Positions 1 to 14,619 of a DNA stretch of 64,000 bases are shown here, in pieces. A program made the translations under genes and the position numbers. Origin of the DNA: the human T2T-CHM13v2.0 reference genome, Homo sapiens. The notes below the pieces were generated by a model that saw nothing but the letters and a program-made list of their open reading frames with translations, had not been told where the DNA came from and did not search any database. The stretch lies in NCBI RefSeq assembly GCF_009914755.1, contig NC_060929.1. One strand, 5' to 3'. How positions within the stretch are numbered: position 1 is the stretch's first letter; the number at the start of each line of letters is the position of its first letter.

Positions 1-894
1 TATTTTATTTTTTAAAACCATTGTATATATTCTACTGAGGTTCACTCCCTAGCAGTCTCTTTTTCTTAAGGAATACATTTTGAATGAGAGGACATCCTAA
101 GGCAGACATTCTAAGTCAGACATATTGTACCTATTAAACTAAGGCAGAAACATTGAAGATTACAGAAGAAATATGTGGCAAGTCAAACACTGAATTTCTT
201 ACTTCCTGTGAAGGACCTGAATGGAATTTCAACTGTTGGAAATAGTTTCAGGTTGGGAGAATTGCCATATTTCGAATTTTGGATTTTTCCCAAAGTCATA
301 TTGTTTTTACACTTAGAAAAATATATCTCATTTATTAACAAATTTACAATTCAATAGAGCAATGGTTTTGTCATTAGGAATGAGGGAATTCAATGTGTCT
401 GATGAAAATAGTTTGAAAATGAATTGCTATGGAATTTTTCTTTATATACAGAAATAACTAAATTTCTGTGTGTACTTTAACAGACACACTATGTAATGAT
501 CATTATAATTTAGATAAATGAAACTAGAGTAAAGGTTAAATATAGAGAAAAGAATAAAGAAACTACACTAGCAATTTGCGAACAGTGGTACACCCAGTTG
601 GGTGAGGGAGTAGAAGCAATCTACTGCAGTAGGAGGACTATTTAGAATTGCTAGGACATGGTGATAATAAAGAGATAATTTATTATTAGTGAGTGTTATT
701 ATCCTTCTACATTCCTATTAGTATCGTCCCTCATTATTGCTTGTGCTCAGTGTGGATAGCTACCCTTGATATTCTACAACTTGTTACTTCTACATGAGAC
801 ATAATGGAGTGGAAAAAAAATGTCAATTATCCTTTTAAAGTGAATATTATAGGTCATCTTTCACATAGAGGATTTATAATAATAAAGATCATAA

Positions 895-1075
895 TAGTTT
901 GCTGCTCTAAATACTTCATCATGCATTATCTCATCTGAGTTTCACAACTGCTTAGTGAAGTAGGTATTATTTAAATGAGATGTATGGAAGTTAAGCAACT
1001 TATTCAAAAGTTCACAGATAGTAGGTGTTGAACCTGAGACAACTCAAAATCTGTGTTCTTCGTGGCCACGCTAAC
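895..1075 (-). mobile_element. MIR SINE fragment
   Basis: Degenerate antisense MIR core (attatctcatctgagtttcacaactgcttagtgaagtagg...aagttaagcaactt); boundaries approximate. Confidence 0.55.
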
Positions 1076-1214
1076 ATGTCTCCTTAGACTTGACAAAGAA
1101 ACCGCTACTGTATATAGATAAAATGATCTTAATCTGCAATGAGGTACTGATTCACCTATGCTTTCTAATTTAACATAATTTGTATAACTATTCATTTGGA
1201 AAGCTGCCATTGGC

Positions 1215-1410
1215 TGTTTGCTTATTATGTGCCAGGCACAAGGAACTTTCTTTCCAAGATCTCATGTATTCTGCACAACCACATGAGGTGAATATTATTG
1301 CACCTTTTTAAGATGAGGAAATCGTGTCCACAGAGGTCACACATTTATGTGAAGGGGGAAAAGAAATTTAAGTTTAAGTCCTCCTAACCCCACATGTCAT
1401 GTCCTTAATT
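1215..1410 (-). mobile_element. MIR SINE fragment
   Basis: tatgtgccaggcac...cacaaccacatgaggtg...agatgaggaaa antisense MIR motifs. Confidence 0.6.
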
Positions 1411-1703
1411 AATAAATTGAAGGTTACAAAATAAAAGAATAAGGAAAAAGAGACCCAAACTTATCATATTCCTTATTTGATATATACCTAATTTTAGATT
1501 CATGACATAGAGTGTTTATCGTTGACTCTTATGTGACCTAAATTAATTACACTTAGGTCATGAAAATATCATGTTTAGGAAAACTTCATTGACTCACAGG
1601 AATATGTTAAGCAATAAGAAGAAATAAAAATTACAAACAGAAAGTAAACTTTTTATAAAAATCCTAATTTCACAGGCAATGATATAGTGTAAGTCTTAGT
1701 ACA

Positions 1704-2106
1704 TGTATCAGTCAGGGTTTTGCAGAGAAACAACCAAGAGAGTTGTTATAAGTAATTGGCACATAGATTATGGAGGCTGAGAAATCCCAAGATCCACAAT
1801 CTGAGAGCCAATGGTATAAGTTCCAGTTCAAGTCTGAAGGCTGGAGAAGACCTTTCTCTCAACTCTAAGACTGTTAGGCGGAGAGAGTGAATTCTCTCTT
1901 GCACAGCCTTTTGCTCTATTCAGATCTTCAGCAGATTGAATGAGGTCTACCCACTTTGTAGGGGGCAAACTTCTCTACTCAGCCTACTGATTCAAACATT
2001 AAACTCATCCAGAAACATCCTCACAGATACACCTAGTATAATATTTAATCAAATATCAGGGAGCCATGTGGTCCAGGCAAGTTGACACATAAAAATAAAC
2101 ACCATG
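1704..2106 (-). mobile_element. MLT2-family (ERVL) solo LTR
   Basis: Starts tgtatcagtcagggttttgcagagaaac and ends caagttgacacataaaa, the reverse complement of MLT2 termini. Confidence 0.8.
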
Positions 2107-2526
2107 CTACATAAGAGAGATTTGTTCAGATAGTGGTATTGCCATGTTTATAACTAGATGTAATGATTAAACAGGCAATTTTAGAATGTGAGATTTTTCT
2201 AGAGTTGAAGGAATTCAAAATTCTTCTGCACACACACAAAATAAGATTGTATAAGGTACCAAGTTCTTGTGGAAAGAGCATCATTTTAACCTGTTAGTCT
2301 TCATATAATTTACTGAATTTTTTTTCCATGCAGATTTTCTCTATTATATCATTGTAGAAATAAAAGGAAAACATGAATCCATTTTACAGGTCTTTTCTTT
2401 GGTCACGTATATTGGGCACTGTGTTTCCAATAGTTACTTGTTATCAATTAAAGAAACATTTAGTGGTGCAAAATGTCACAAGTTACAAATAAATTGGAAT
2501 TCAAAAATAATTTATATATATATATA

Positions 2527-2813
<287 letters not shown>

Positions 2814-3118
2814 ATATTATTTATGTATTTTCAAAGGGCCATTTACTCTTTCTTTTTGTGAAAATTTTGATACTATGAATGCGGAAAATTTGGACATGAT
2901 CTAAACTTTATATTTTAAATTCTAAATTCTGAAGTAAAGCTCTTCTTTAAATAATGCTGCAAAGAAAAGAAGATATAAAGGTTTTGATAGGAAGAAATGC
3001 TGTGGACAAGGATATGAGGCCTAGAGAAATGGCATGATTCATGTCTTACAGTATTTATTTCAGTCTTTCTGTGATGGTGAGATTAACTTTTAACTACTTT
3101 ATTTTCAATTACAAAATT

Positions 3119-3206
3119 TTAAGTTGGTGCAAAATTAATTGTTTTTTTTTTTTTTTTGCCATTAGAAGTAATGGCAGAAACTGCAATTACTTTTGCACCG
3201 ACCTAA
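3119..3206. mobile_element. MADE1 (Hsmar1-derived MITE)
   Basis: ttaagttggtgcaaaattaattg...tgccatta gaag taatggca...caattacttttgcaccgacctaa: palindromic TIR structure matching MADE1, with an expanded T run in the left arm. Confidence 0.9.
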
Positions 3207-3394
3207 TAAAACTTCCTTTTAACTATATCTCCCAGAGAAGTGACACAAAATCAATGTACGCTAAAGAGGAAAAAGTATTTCAAAATTGTACTAATCAATT
3301 ATAAAGCTTCAAAGATTCATATTGACATAGCTCCTTCATGGTGTGAAGCTTACTGAGGGCTTAGAGCTTGGGAACTATTTGTTGAACAGTAGGA

Positions 3395-3600
3395 TAGTAC
3401 AGCTAGTGTTTAATAATATGAATACATTGGTCCAACCCTGGTCTTATCTTTTTGCATATGATCTTGTGCAAGTCATTTAATCTTTCTGTATCTCATTTTC
3501 TCTATCTTAAAGTGGGAGAATAATGTTATCTATCTCATGGAATTATTGAAGAATTTAAATGAGTTAATATTTATGAGCATGCCTAAGAATGTGCTTGATG
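3395..3600 (+). mobile_element. MIR SINE
   Basis: gatcttgtgcaagtcatttaatctttctgtatctcattttctctatc...aaatgagttaat MIR core. Confidence 0.7.
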
Positions 3601-3734
3601 CTGCACAGTACCATGTGGGAGTACACAAAAAGTGTCTGTCTGTGTTGGGAATTTTTAAATTATGAATTATTTCATAATTTATGAAATAAATTATTTGAAT
3701 TATTAAATTTTATGAATTATTTCATTTAAGAATT

Positions 3735-3915
3735 CAAAAAAGATTAACTTTACAAAAATAAGATTATAGAATTCACAAAAAGTAGTCTCTCCAGTTTACA
3801 CATAAACCAAAGACTCAGAGAGCTGTGTAGTTTGCAAGTTCATACAGTCAGGAAGTCTTAACAGAAACTCAAACCTGTTTTGCTTATCTCCAAAATGTAT
3901 TCATTTCTCACTAAA
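3735..3915 (-). mobile_element. MIR SINE fragment
   Basis: ccagtttacacataaaccaaagactcagagag...aagttcatacag antisense MIR-like. Confidence 0.5.
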
Positions 3916-6000
3916 GCAGTGTTTTTTACATTTTTCTCCAGGTAATACAGAGTAAATAAGAATAAAGAGATCCCTTATAATCTGATTGTGAATGAGATAT
4001 CCTTACAGTTGTCCCTAGATCTGTCTTTGTCCACCGGCATCTCCACCAGCCTCTTTGCGTTCTTCTTTTCTCTGAGCTAATCAAGTGACAATTTTTCATG
4101 GAAAATGCTATGAAAACACATACTCAGAACCCATCCTTTCCCAACACCAATAGATGTTTCCATCACTAAAATATTCCCGTGTAGAAATGAGTAGTGATTA
4201 CTCTAAATTTTAATAGAATCTTAAAACTTATGCAGGGAAGTCAAAGGAAAAATAAAGCCTGGGTTACAGAATTCAGTGACGCCTTCTTTGTCCTCAATGA
4301 ATTCCTTTTGTATCACTGTCATTAATCTGGGGTGAGGTTTTTTATCATTATAACCTTAGATCTTCTCTAGTTTATATGATAGAAGAAATTAATTTATACA
4401 TGTCAGTACTTTACATATTAATATTAACACATTATCTAACAAATCTCCCAACTATTCAACTGAGTGAGAAACTCCTAAGACAGCAAAATGTCCCCACAGC
4501 TCTGTTGAGAAGTTTTGCCATACTACCCAAGACAGTGATGTATTTGTTAACACTTTTGGCTCCTAAAGAGAAATGCAAAGGTTCACTTTTCATTTTGCCA
4601 CTAACTTTTAAAAAAACTTCACTTTGGCCTGCTCTCTAATCTACCTGTGACTTCAGTTTGGCTTTATGTGTGACCTTGCTATCTTTTTAAATTTAAATAA
4701 GACCCAAAGGCTTCTCATTCTAGGAATAAAGGAGTTACGTCAGAACTGAAAAGGTGAAGAGGAAAAAAAAAGTGATTGATGTGAAGCAGAAAGGAATTTG
4801 ACAAGAAAAGATACAAATCTTTTCTGTTTCCTATGTTACAAATGTGAACAAATCGAAGATTAAAAATCTGTGCAATTTGCCTAAAGTCCCAATTCATCCT
4901 CAGATATTTTAACACAACCAATTTAAACACTTTCTATTATCTCCTAGGATCAAAAGAATCAATCAACATCTTCCACAGTCTTATGGGTCCTCAATCATGC
5001 TTGCCCAAGGCAATGAAAATCAAATCAAAAGCTGCTTCTATGGGTAGGGGGTTATAACTCAATATAACAGAAAATACTGCAGTAGTTAAAAAAAAAAAAA
5101 CCTTGCATAAAATGAAAAGTAATTCATGCTCATTGAAAACGATATCCTTTCAGAGATTATGTGGAGATTTTCTCAATCTGTTCTTTTTCCCTCAAAATGA
5201 GTTTTTAAAATGTCAACCTGTTATTCTTTTAGAGGCAGAAGATTAATTTTGTAATCAATCCAACCTCCATGTTCTCTTCATTTTGATAACTTTAAATTAT
5301 GACTTTCAGTTTAGATATTTTTTGGGAAATCAGTCTTCATTTTGAAAATAATAACTATAATACATAAATATCTAAATGCATAGATACTTATTTGCATTTT
5401 TACCCATATGAGTATGTGTGTTTAGGTGTGTGTATATATGTCTGTCTCGGTGATACATATCAAACTTGTATTTGTTACAATAATAGAATTGGTCAAAATG
5501 TAGAAAAGACAAGACTCAGGACAGTCTTTCAATCATATTTTTCAGTGTGGCTAGTTTGGTTGCAATGAAGAGAAACATCTCTAAAATGGTTTGTCTGTGG
5601 TGTTTCAATATATATATATATAGATCTGGACTTGCTATCTGTGTTATTATTATGCTTACTTTTATCTGCTCAATGTAGAATATATAATAGAAACAACTCA
5701 ATAAGGAAGTCTAAAATTTTAAATCTATCAGTTTTTTAAAAATCTACCAATTTTGTGAAATGTAAGGAATGATGTATTTTTCATTTCTTTAGTGGGGAAA
5801 AATCTTCCTCCCCCATCATTAATTCTGTATTCAATAATTAGCTTTCTATGATTTTGAGAGTTATGTGCACTCACATCTTATTCCTATTGGAATCCTACTT
5901 ACTGATTCAGGAAACAAAGCAAGTGAAAATTAACTTTTGATCCCTTACTAAATGACTATAATAATTATATAAATTCTGATAGTAATAATTATATTTCTAG

Positions 6001-6078
6001 CTGTATGGCATGGAATGGGGGCCAGCTACTCCTCCAGGCTGCTTCCATACTTTGGGAAAAACATCTGTAGTTACATAA
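6001..6078 (+). CDS. Candidate coding part of a terminal exon of an unidentified plus-strand gene
   Basis: Acceptor atatttctag| at 6000, followed by a short GC-richer stretch. Frames: LYGMEWGPATPPGCFHTLGKTSVVT* (phase 0), CMAWNGGQLLLQAASILWEKHL* (phase 2), VWHGMGASYSSRLL... (phase 1). Frame and gene not determinable. Confidence 0.35.
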   Translation: MYGMEWGPATPPGCFHTLGKTSVVT

Positions 6079-7470
6079 GTCCATATTATATGCACATATT
6101 TATTTATGTTCCACTAAAAACAAACTGAGAGGGTGCCAGCATGGATACTACATCGACTTTTTGTTTTGCGAGTTCTACTGTCAACCACTAACCATTACAA
6201 TCTGTGTACAACTAAGAAAAGATCAAAATTATATTTATTGACACTATTTGTAACGCACCTTTATAACCATTTCTAAAAATAATGAAACTACTAAGTTTAA
6301 GAAACTTATTTTATTGGCTCACATTTATTTAATATTGGCATATGTGGTTTATTTTGATAGGATTTGTTAATTATTTTCCCCAAAGTGATGTATTTTCTAA
6401 AATACTTGTAAAATTACTTGAGGATGGGAGGGTAGGAAGAAAATAAAACAAATGCTTTTGATAAGGACAATACTGGATATGAATATACAGAATTAGATTA
6501 TAATGTCTAATCTAGATTCTAACTTGACCACTGGGCTATAAAAATTGCTTACATTAAAGTAGAAATAAAAATTGCTTGAATATGATTTATAAAACATCAT
6601 TAAAGTTTTTGTATTTATTATGCTTTAAGATTTAGATGTAAAGCATTTCATGTTTATACCATGAGAAATCCATGCTTTTTCTTTGTGAATTTCACTTCTA
6701 GGGTTTTGCTTTGATTTGCAATATTTAAAATTTCAAGTTAAATTGAACTTAATCTGGAATGACATGGAAGCAAAGCTTTTAAATTTTACTTTGTATAGTT
6801 CTAGAATAATAATAAAGGCTTTAGGCATTTTAAAAGTTAGGTTGGTTTTAAATAATAGTTGAGCCAAGCTTCAAACTATGAAGACTTAAATAGTTTCTTT
6901 TTGTATTTCGTTACTGTATCTGACATACTAGTACACCAATTATTTCATAAAGCATTTATATAATATTAGTACAAAACTTTATTTAATGTGGTTAATTTTT
7001 AGGTATATTATTTTTTAAGTATTTTTGGATTATTTCAGAATTTTAAATCCCTTATAAAATATCCAAGATGAATCTGATTTTTCTTTAAATTCCTATGGAA
7101 ACATTTCCCTAAGATTGTTACCAAAAAAGAGAGTTTAAAGTCAAAGTGAATCAGCACTGGGTACTTGATTTGGCAAAACTAAAGCTATACACATTTGCGG
7201 TCTATAAAATGTGATCACTGAAGTTACTATATTTGTCATAAAATCTGTTCACTACAATAGACTTGTAAATCTAGCACTAACATTTAAGTAATATAGTAAA
7301 TTACAGACCTATTGAATAGGTCTACTTCAACTATTGTTTGGTTAACAAATTATACAAATTCAGCATATAATACTATTTGACATAATTAATTCATATATCA
7401 AAAGCACATATAGAAATAAGTAGTTTGCTGAACCAGACTCACAAATCTACACATTGTATTTCATGTAATT
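6079..7470 (+). other. Candidate 3'UTR
   Basis: ~1.4 kb repeat-free AU-rich sequence with several TATTTAT motifs and AATAAA at ~6442, ~6564 and 6811; end point uncertain. Confidence 0.35.
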
Positions 7471-7564
7471 TAGATATATAATCCTATTTAATCCTCATAT
7501 TATCTTTAAAAAGATAATTCTCCCTAACAAATACTTATTAATCCTCTGCTGAAGACTAAGCACA

Positions 7565-7702
7565 TATGTAACAGACAGAGAAACTGAGGCTTAAAGATAC
7601 CAAATAACTTATCCAAGGTTAAACAATTAGGAGTCTGTGGAGTTGGGATTCATACCAGGAATGTCTGATTCCTATTTCTACTCTCTTTCCTGATGCCATG
7701 CT
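7565..7702 (-). mobile_element. MIR SINE
   Basis: acagacagagaaactgaggcttaaag...aacttatccaaggt...ttgggattcataccagg. Confidence 0.75.
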
Positions 7703-8429
7703 ACGCTATTTAAAATAATATTGGAGGAAGATTGATTTACCCCACCTTCTCTCCTTTGATAGCAGATGGATACTACATATTACCTCTATAACCTTCAGTG
7801 CATTTCTGCACCTCTCAAATCCGCTTACCTCTTCATGAGAAAAATCATGTTATTACCTACATTATAGCATAGTAAAGGAATTGCAATTATTAACATAACA
7901 AGTTTTCATTCTTTTTCACTCCTGCCAGAATCTGGGCCTTTACCCCTTTGCAAGCTTGTAAGTTAGCTTTGTATGGTGTCATGGTTGATGGAAGAACACA
8001 GAAAGCTACAGGGTCGGTAACAGAGGACTTTTCACATAACAGCAAGCAATATGCATTTCATGTATGCATTGGTTTTCTTTGCCCACAAGTTCCACTGGAA
8101 TAAAGCACAGTGGACTAAGTGGATCCTGTACACACAGCAGGTTTACAACACAGCCAAAGAACAGACAGATATGGGGATATACCTTTATAGCAAGCTCGTA
8201 CTTTGTCCTGGAGGATGACATCACCTTACCCTCAATTGCCTGCTGCAAATACAACCTTAAAAAATGGATCATGTACAGAAAAGTCCAGGTCTTGATTTCT
8301 TGGCTACTTCACCAAGAATATGCAAGAACGGTCAAGGCCATGACAAGTGACACCTCTCAACAACTCCTTCATATCCTCCATTAAGTCTTTGCCAATCTCA
8401 TATTATATTCACACCCAACTTTCATTCAA

Positions 8430-8995
8430 TTCTTTCTTTTTCTACTCCCCTGGCAGAATTATCTGTCTACACTGCCTGTGCACTCAGGCATTGAAAATGA
8501 CTTGAGAGAAAACAAAATATAAAATATTAACAAACAAACACAAAATAAAGCCATGACGTTTTACAGGTGCAGTATTTATAATTCACATTTGGACTCATTC
8601 AGGACTTTATTTCACACCTTGTTTCTCACTTTTTAAAGCAAAGCATTTATTCCCTTACTCATTCTTAGCTGATTAACCTGTTTTTTATTTCACTTAGAAA
8701 ACAGAAGCAATGAGAATAGGTCTTCCAAAGGTTTCCACAGCCACACGAACTAACATAATAACAGATGTGCCAGTAACCTCTGTCATCACTTCTGTTATTA
8801 TGGATGAGCTGTCTGTGCTCCTTGCTAAGGCTAAAACCTTCCCTTATGGACTGAATCCAGTCTCCTCCAGACTGTGCAAGGACATGGTTCAATTGCCTGC
8901 CTCTCTCTTTCCTGCATCAACGATTCCCTCTCTACTGGACAACTTTCATAAGCATGCAACCACACTATAAGGTCTATCATCCAAAAAAAACAAGT
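8430..8995 (+). mobile_element. L2 LINE fragment
   Basis: tttcacttagaaaacagaagcaat...tatggatgagctgtctgtgctccttgctaaggc...ctctctactgga typical of the L2 ORF2 region. Confidence 0.7.
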
Positions 8996-10050
8996 AACAT
9001 TCCATAAACTTATAGAAGACTCAAGGCTTACTTTATTTCCCTTGTGCTGATGGGACCCTCAGCCCTGTCCCCAAAGTAATCACTGAGTTTATTTTTGAAT
9101 ATCCATATATGTGCTGTTAGAAAGAAAGGACCGTATATTCTGAGAACAATTGGCTACACGAAATGATAACAACAATCTGTAAATTAAATGTTTTATTTAA
9201 GTCTATGGCAGGGCTTTTTTCTCCCACCAGATTCTATAAGTAGAAAAGGAATAGTACATATATTCTTCTCTAAGAGTAATGTTCCTAGGAAGAAGGAATA
9301 AAGTTACATTCTAAATATGATATTATTGTTGGAAAATGATTCTAAAATGTTTAATCTGATGCCTTGTTTTTTAATAAGCACAAATTAAACAGGTATTGAT
9401 TGTTAAACAGAAAAACATAAAACTCCATATATAAATAAAATAGTTCCCTTTAATCAGGGTTTGCCATTCTTAAATTACTCATTTTCAAACACTTGCTTCT
9501 ATATTTATTTCTGCTATTTCTTAATGTAGTCATTTTTCTTTGAATGTTAACTTTCCATATACTCACAAAACTTTCAGTAGTTTTTAAGTCAGATATTCCC
9601 CCAAATTTTCCATGACAAGTAAAATTTATTTGCTAAACACTAAAAATAAATGGAGTATTATTTCTGTGGCTAAAATCACTGAAGCAGGTGAGAAAATTTA
9701 TTATGCAATGCTGTCTAGTTTTAAATTGCACATAGCTCGATATTTTCCCTCATGCTTGGATTTGTTGTTCTTATTGTTGAGGGAAGTTATAACTTATTGG
9801 GTAGTGGCTATGAGGAAACAGCAGCAACAGCAACAGAAAAGCTATCACACCAATTTATCCTCCAAGTTAAAAATAATAAGAATCTAAAATTTCATTTTAC
9901 AGAGGTATAAAGATCATTGGCTCTTAATGGATAATTTTGGGAAAAAAATATTTTCTTCAGCCACAAGTTTGTTATTTTTCACTTTAAAATCCTTAAACAA
10001 AATTTATCTTATTCCTCTTCTGCTCATTGCCAATCCCTTCAACATTGCAC

Positions 10051-10354
10051 TTTTTTTTTTTTTTTTTTTTTTTAAACAGGGTCTCACTCTGTCACCCAGG
10101 CTAGAGTGCAGTGGCATGATCTTGGCTCACTGCAATCTCTGCTTCCTGGGCTCAAGTGATCCTGCCACCTCAGCCTACCTAGCAGGTGGACTACAGGCAT
10201 GTGCCTCCACGTCTGACTAATTGGTGTATTTTTTGTAGAGGTGGGGGTCTCACTATGTTGCTCAGGCTGGTCTTGAACTCCTGGGCTCAAGTGATCTGCC
10301 TGCCTTAGGCTCCTAAAGTGCTGAGATTACAAGCATGAGCTGCTGCGTCCGGCC
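10051..10354 (-). mobile_element. AluJ
   Basis: Antisense Alu with poly-T and ctcctgggctcaagtgatc J-type motif. Confidence 0.95.
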
Positions 10355-10577
10355 TACTTGGATTTTTAAAATTATCTTATCATTTATCAGTTAAGACTAA
10401 AGAATTATGCTCCAACTTATTTAACTCTTGCAAACAGTTTTATGTAGGCACAACATAAAATGACAGCTTGATGGAAAGTTGGGGTAGACCTGGAAAAAAC
10501 AGAAGCAGCATTAGTGATCACACAGAAAACTGGGAAGTTCAAGGAATGATAGCACATTATTTATTACTACACTGGCT

Positions 10578-10802
10578 TGCAGCATGGTCTCTAGAGTTGT
10601 GTTTAAAACTTGGCTTTCCATATTATTAATGTAACAACCTGGGAAAATTGCTTAACAACTCTGTGTCTTGATTTTCCCAAATGTAAAATGGTGATAATAA
10701 TAGAATCTACCTCATAGAACAGTTGTGATTGCTAAATGACTTAACACATGTAACACGCATAAAATAGATCTTAAAACATATTAAGTATGAAATAGTTGTT
10801 AC
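10578..10802 (+). mobile_element. MIR SINE
   Basis: acctgggaaaattgcttaacaactctgtgtcttgattttccc...tacctcatag...taaatgacttaacacatgtaa. Confidence 0.75.
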
Positions 10803-12476
10803 AGAAGCCAAATGACAACAGCAGACAACGTTAAAGACAGGAGAAATTTGAAGTCTCTGGCACCTACAGATACATCAAGCATTAAGCAGAGTGAAATTCC
10901 TAGCCAGATTAATAACAACAACAAAAATACTAATGGACTATTTACCTCAGTTCCTATTACTCAGTGCATTTTGTTTTGCTTTCAACAATGACAACAACAA
11001 AAAAAATCACAAGACATATTAAGAAGAAAAACAAGCAAACAGATTCTGAAGAGACAGAGCAGGCATCAAAAATTGACCCAGCTATGACACAGATTCCGAA
11101 ATTATCAGACAGGGAATTTAAAATATTTACAATGGAAATGTTGAGGGCTCTAATGAAAAAAGTAGATGCAGGCAGAAACAGATGGGTAATGTAAGTAGAA
11201 AAGTGGAAACTCTAAGAAAGAATCAAAAGAAAATACCAGAAATAAACAACACTGTAGCAGAAGTAAAAAAAATAATGCCTTTGATGGGCTCAGACTGGTC
11301 ATGGTCAAGGAAAGAATCAGAGAGCTTGAAAATAACAAATTTTCCAAACTAAAACTTGAAAAAAAAATGGAAAAAAAAAACCATACAAAAACTATGGGCT
11401 GTAAGAGAAGCATAACTGAAATAGCTTTAGAAGGGGAAGAAAGAGAGAAGTGACCAGATAAAAACATTTCAGTAATAATGGCTGTGAATTTTCCACAATT
11501 AATGACAGGCATCAAATCCAGGGAACTCAGAGAAAACCAAACAGGAACCACTCTAAAAAGGCTACTGATATGTATATCATATTCAAACTGCAGAAATCAA
11601 AGACAAGAAGAAATCTTAAAGGGAGCCAGAGAAGGAAAACTGACCTTACATGTAGAGAACTAGGATAAGAATTTAGCAAGACTTGTCATCGAAAACCAGG
11701 CAAGCTAGAAGTGAGAGGAATATAAAATTTAAAGCATTAATAGAAAAAAAAAGAAAACAACAACCTAGAATTCTATATCTAGTTAAATGATCCTTCAGAG
11801 ATGAAGGAAAAATATAGAGTTTTTCAGATAAAAACAGAGAACTCATCACCAGCAAATTCGCTCTAGAAGAAATGTTAAAAGAGTTCTTTAGGCAAAGGAA
11901 AATAATATAGGTAGGAATCTTGGATATACATCGGAAAAAATATGTTGAAGAAAAAAATTAATGAAGAGAACTTTTTTTTATTTTTAATGTCTAGAATATA
12001 ACTGTTTCAGGTAATAATACTAATAATGCATAGGGTGATTATAGCATATGGGTAAACAAAATGGAAGGCAGTAACGGCATAAGGGAAGGAAAAGGCAAAT
12101 CTAGGAATACTCTAAAGTACCTGTTTACGTAAGAATCGCTATGGTGATATTTAAAGGAGAGTTTATGTAGCTAAAAATTTATAATGCAAATCCTAGAGAA
12201 ACTACTACTTTTTTTTTTTTACAAAAAAGTAATGACTTGTGTGCTGTTAAATGAGGTGAAATAGACATATACAATGTTTACATAAAACCAGAAAAGGTAG
12301 AAAACAGAAGGAAGAAACAAAGACCAAATGGAATCAATAGAAAACAATTATAAACATGATAGGTATTAATCCAACTATATCAATAATCACTTTAAATACA
12401 TGAACTTAAGTGAATTAAATACAACAATTGAAACATATTGTTAGAGTATATACAAATGAGACCCAATTGTTTATTA

Positions 12477-12833
<357 letters not shown>

Positions 12834-13513
12834 TCTTTAAATTTAAAAACTCAGGTTAAACTTAAAGGAGTGCAGAAAGATATAGTATTAGCTTATACTA
12901 ATCTAAAGAAAACAGAAGTAGCTATATATAAATTTCACACAAATCATAATTCAGAGCAAGGAAAATGATCAGTGGTAAGAGGGGTATGAAACGTTGATAA
13001 ACAGGTCAATTTTCCAAGAAGACACAGCAATTCCAAATGTCTGTGCATCTAACAGAGCATTAAAATTATGGGAAGCAAAAACTGTAATGAGAAAGGGATC
13101 CACTATTATAATTGAAGACATCAGCAACTCTCTTTCAGTAATTGATGGATCAAGCAAGCCAAAATCAGTAAAGATTAGTTCACCTTAATAGCACTATCAA
13201 TCAACTTGATCTAACTGGTATTTATAGAACATTCCATCTAGCAACAGCAGAATATACATTCTTATCAAGCTTGCAGAAATACTTATCGTGATAGGCCACA
13301 TTCTGGACCATAAAATGTACCTTAACACATATAAAAGCTTAAATATCATACAAAGTGTATTCTCACAAAATGGAATTAAATTAGAAATCAAGATCTGAAG
13401 GATAGCTGGAAAATGCACCAAGTATTTGGACAGTAAACAACATACTTTAAATAAACAAGGGATCAAATAAATCATAAAAGAAATTTTAAAATATTTTAAG
13501 CTAAGTAAATATA

Positions 13514-14190
<677 letters not shown>

Positions 14191-14619
14191 AGATGGAAAT
14201 TTATAGCACCAAATTCCTAAATTAGAAAAGAAGGAAGATAAAAAGTCGATTATTTAAGATTTTACCTTAAGAAACTAGAGCAAGTTAAGCCTAAGTAAGC
14301 AAAAATAATTAAATGAATGAAAATTAAAGCAGACCTCAGTGAAATTAAAACAGGAAAATAATACAGAAAATCAACAAAGCCAAAAGCCAGTTCTTGGAAA
14401 AGATCAATACAATTGGTAAATATCTTGCCAGGGTAACCAAGAAAAAAAGATAGTTGACACGATTAACAGTATTAGGAATAAAAGAAGTGTCATCATTCGT
14501 GAACCGACAGACAAAGAACAACAATGGAATTCTATGATTAACTCTATACCCTCAAACTTGATAACTTATGCAAAATAGACCAATTCCTTGTAAGACACAA
14601 GCTACTATAGTACTAACAG

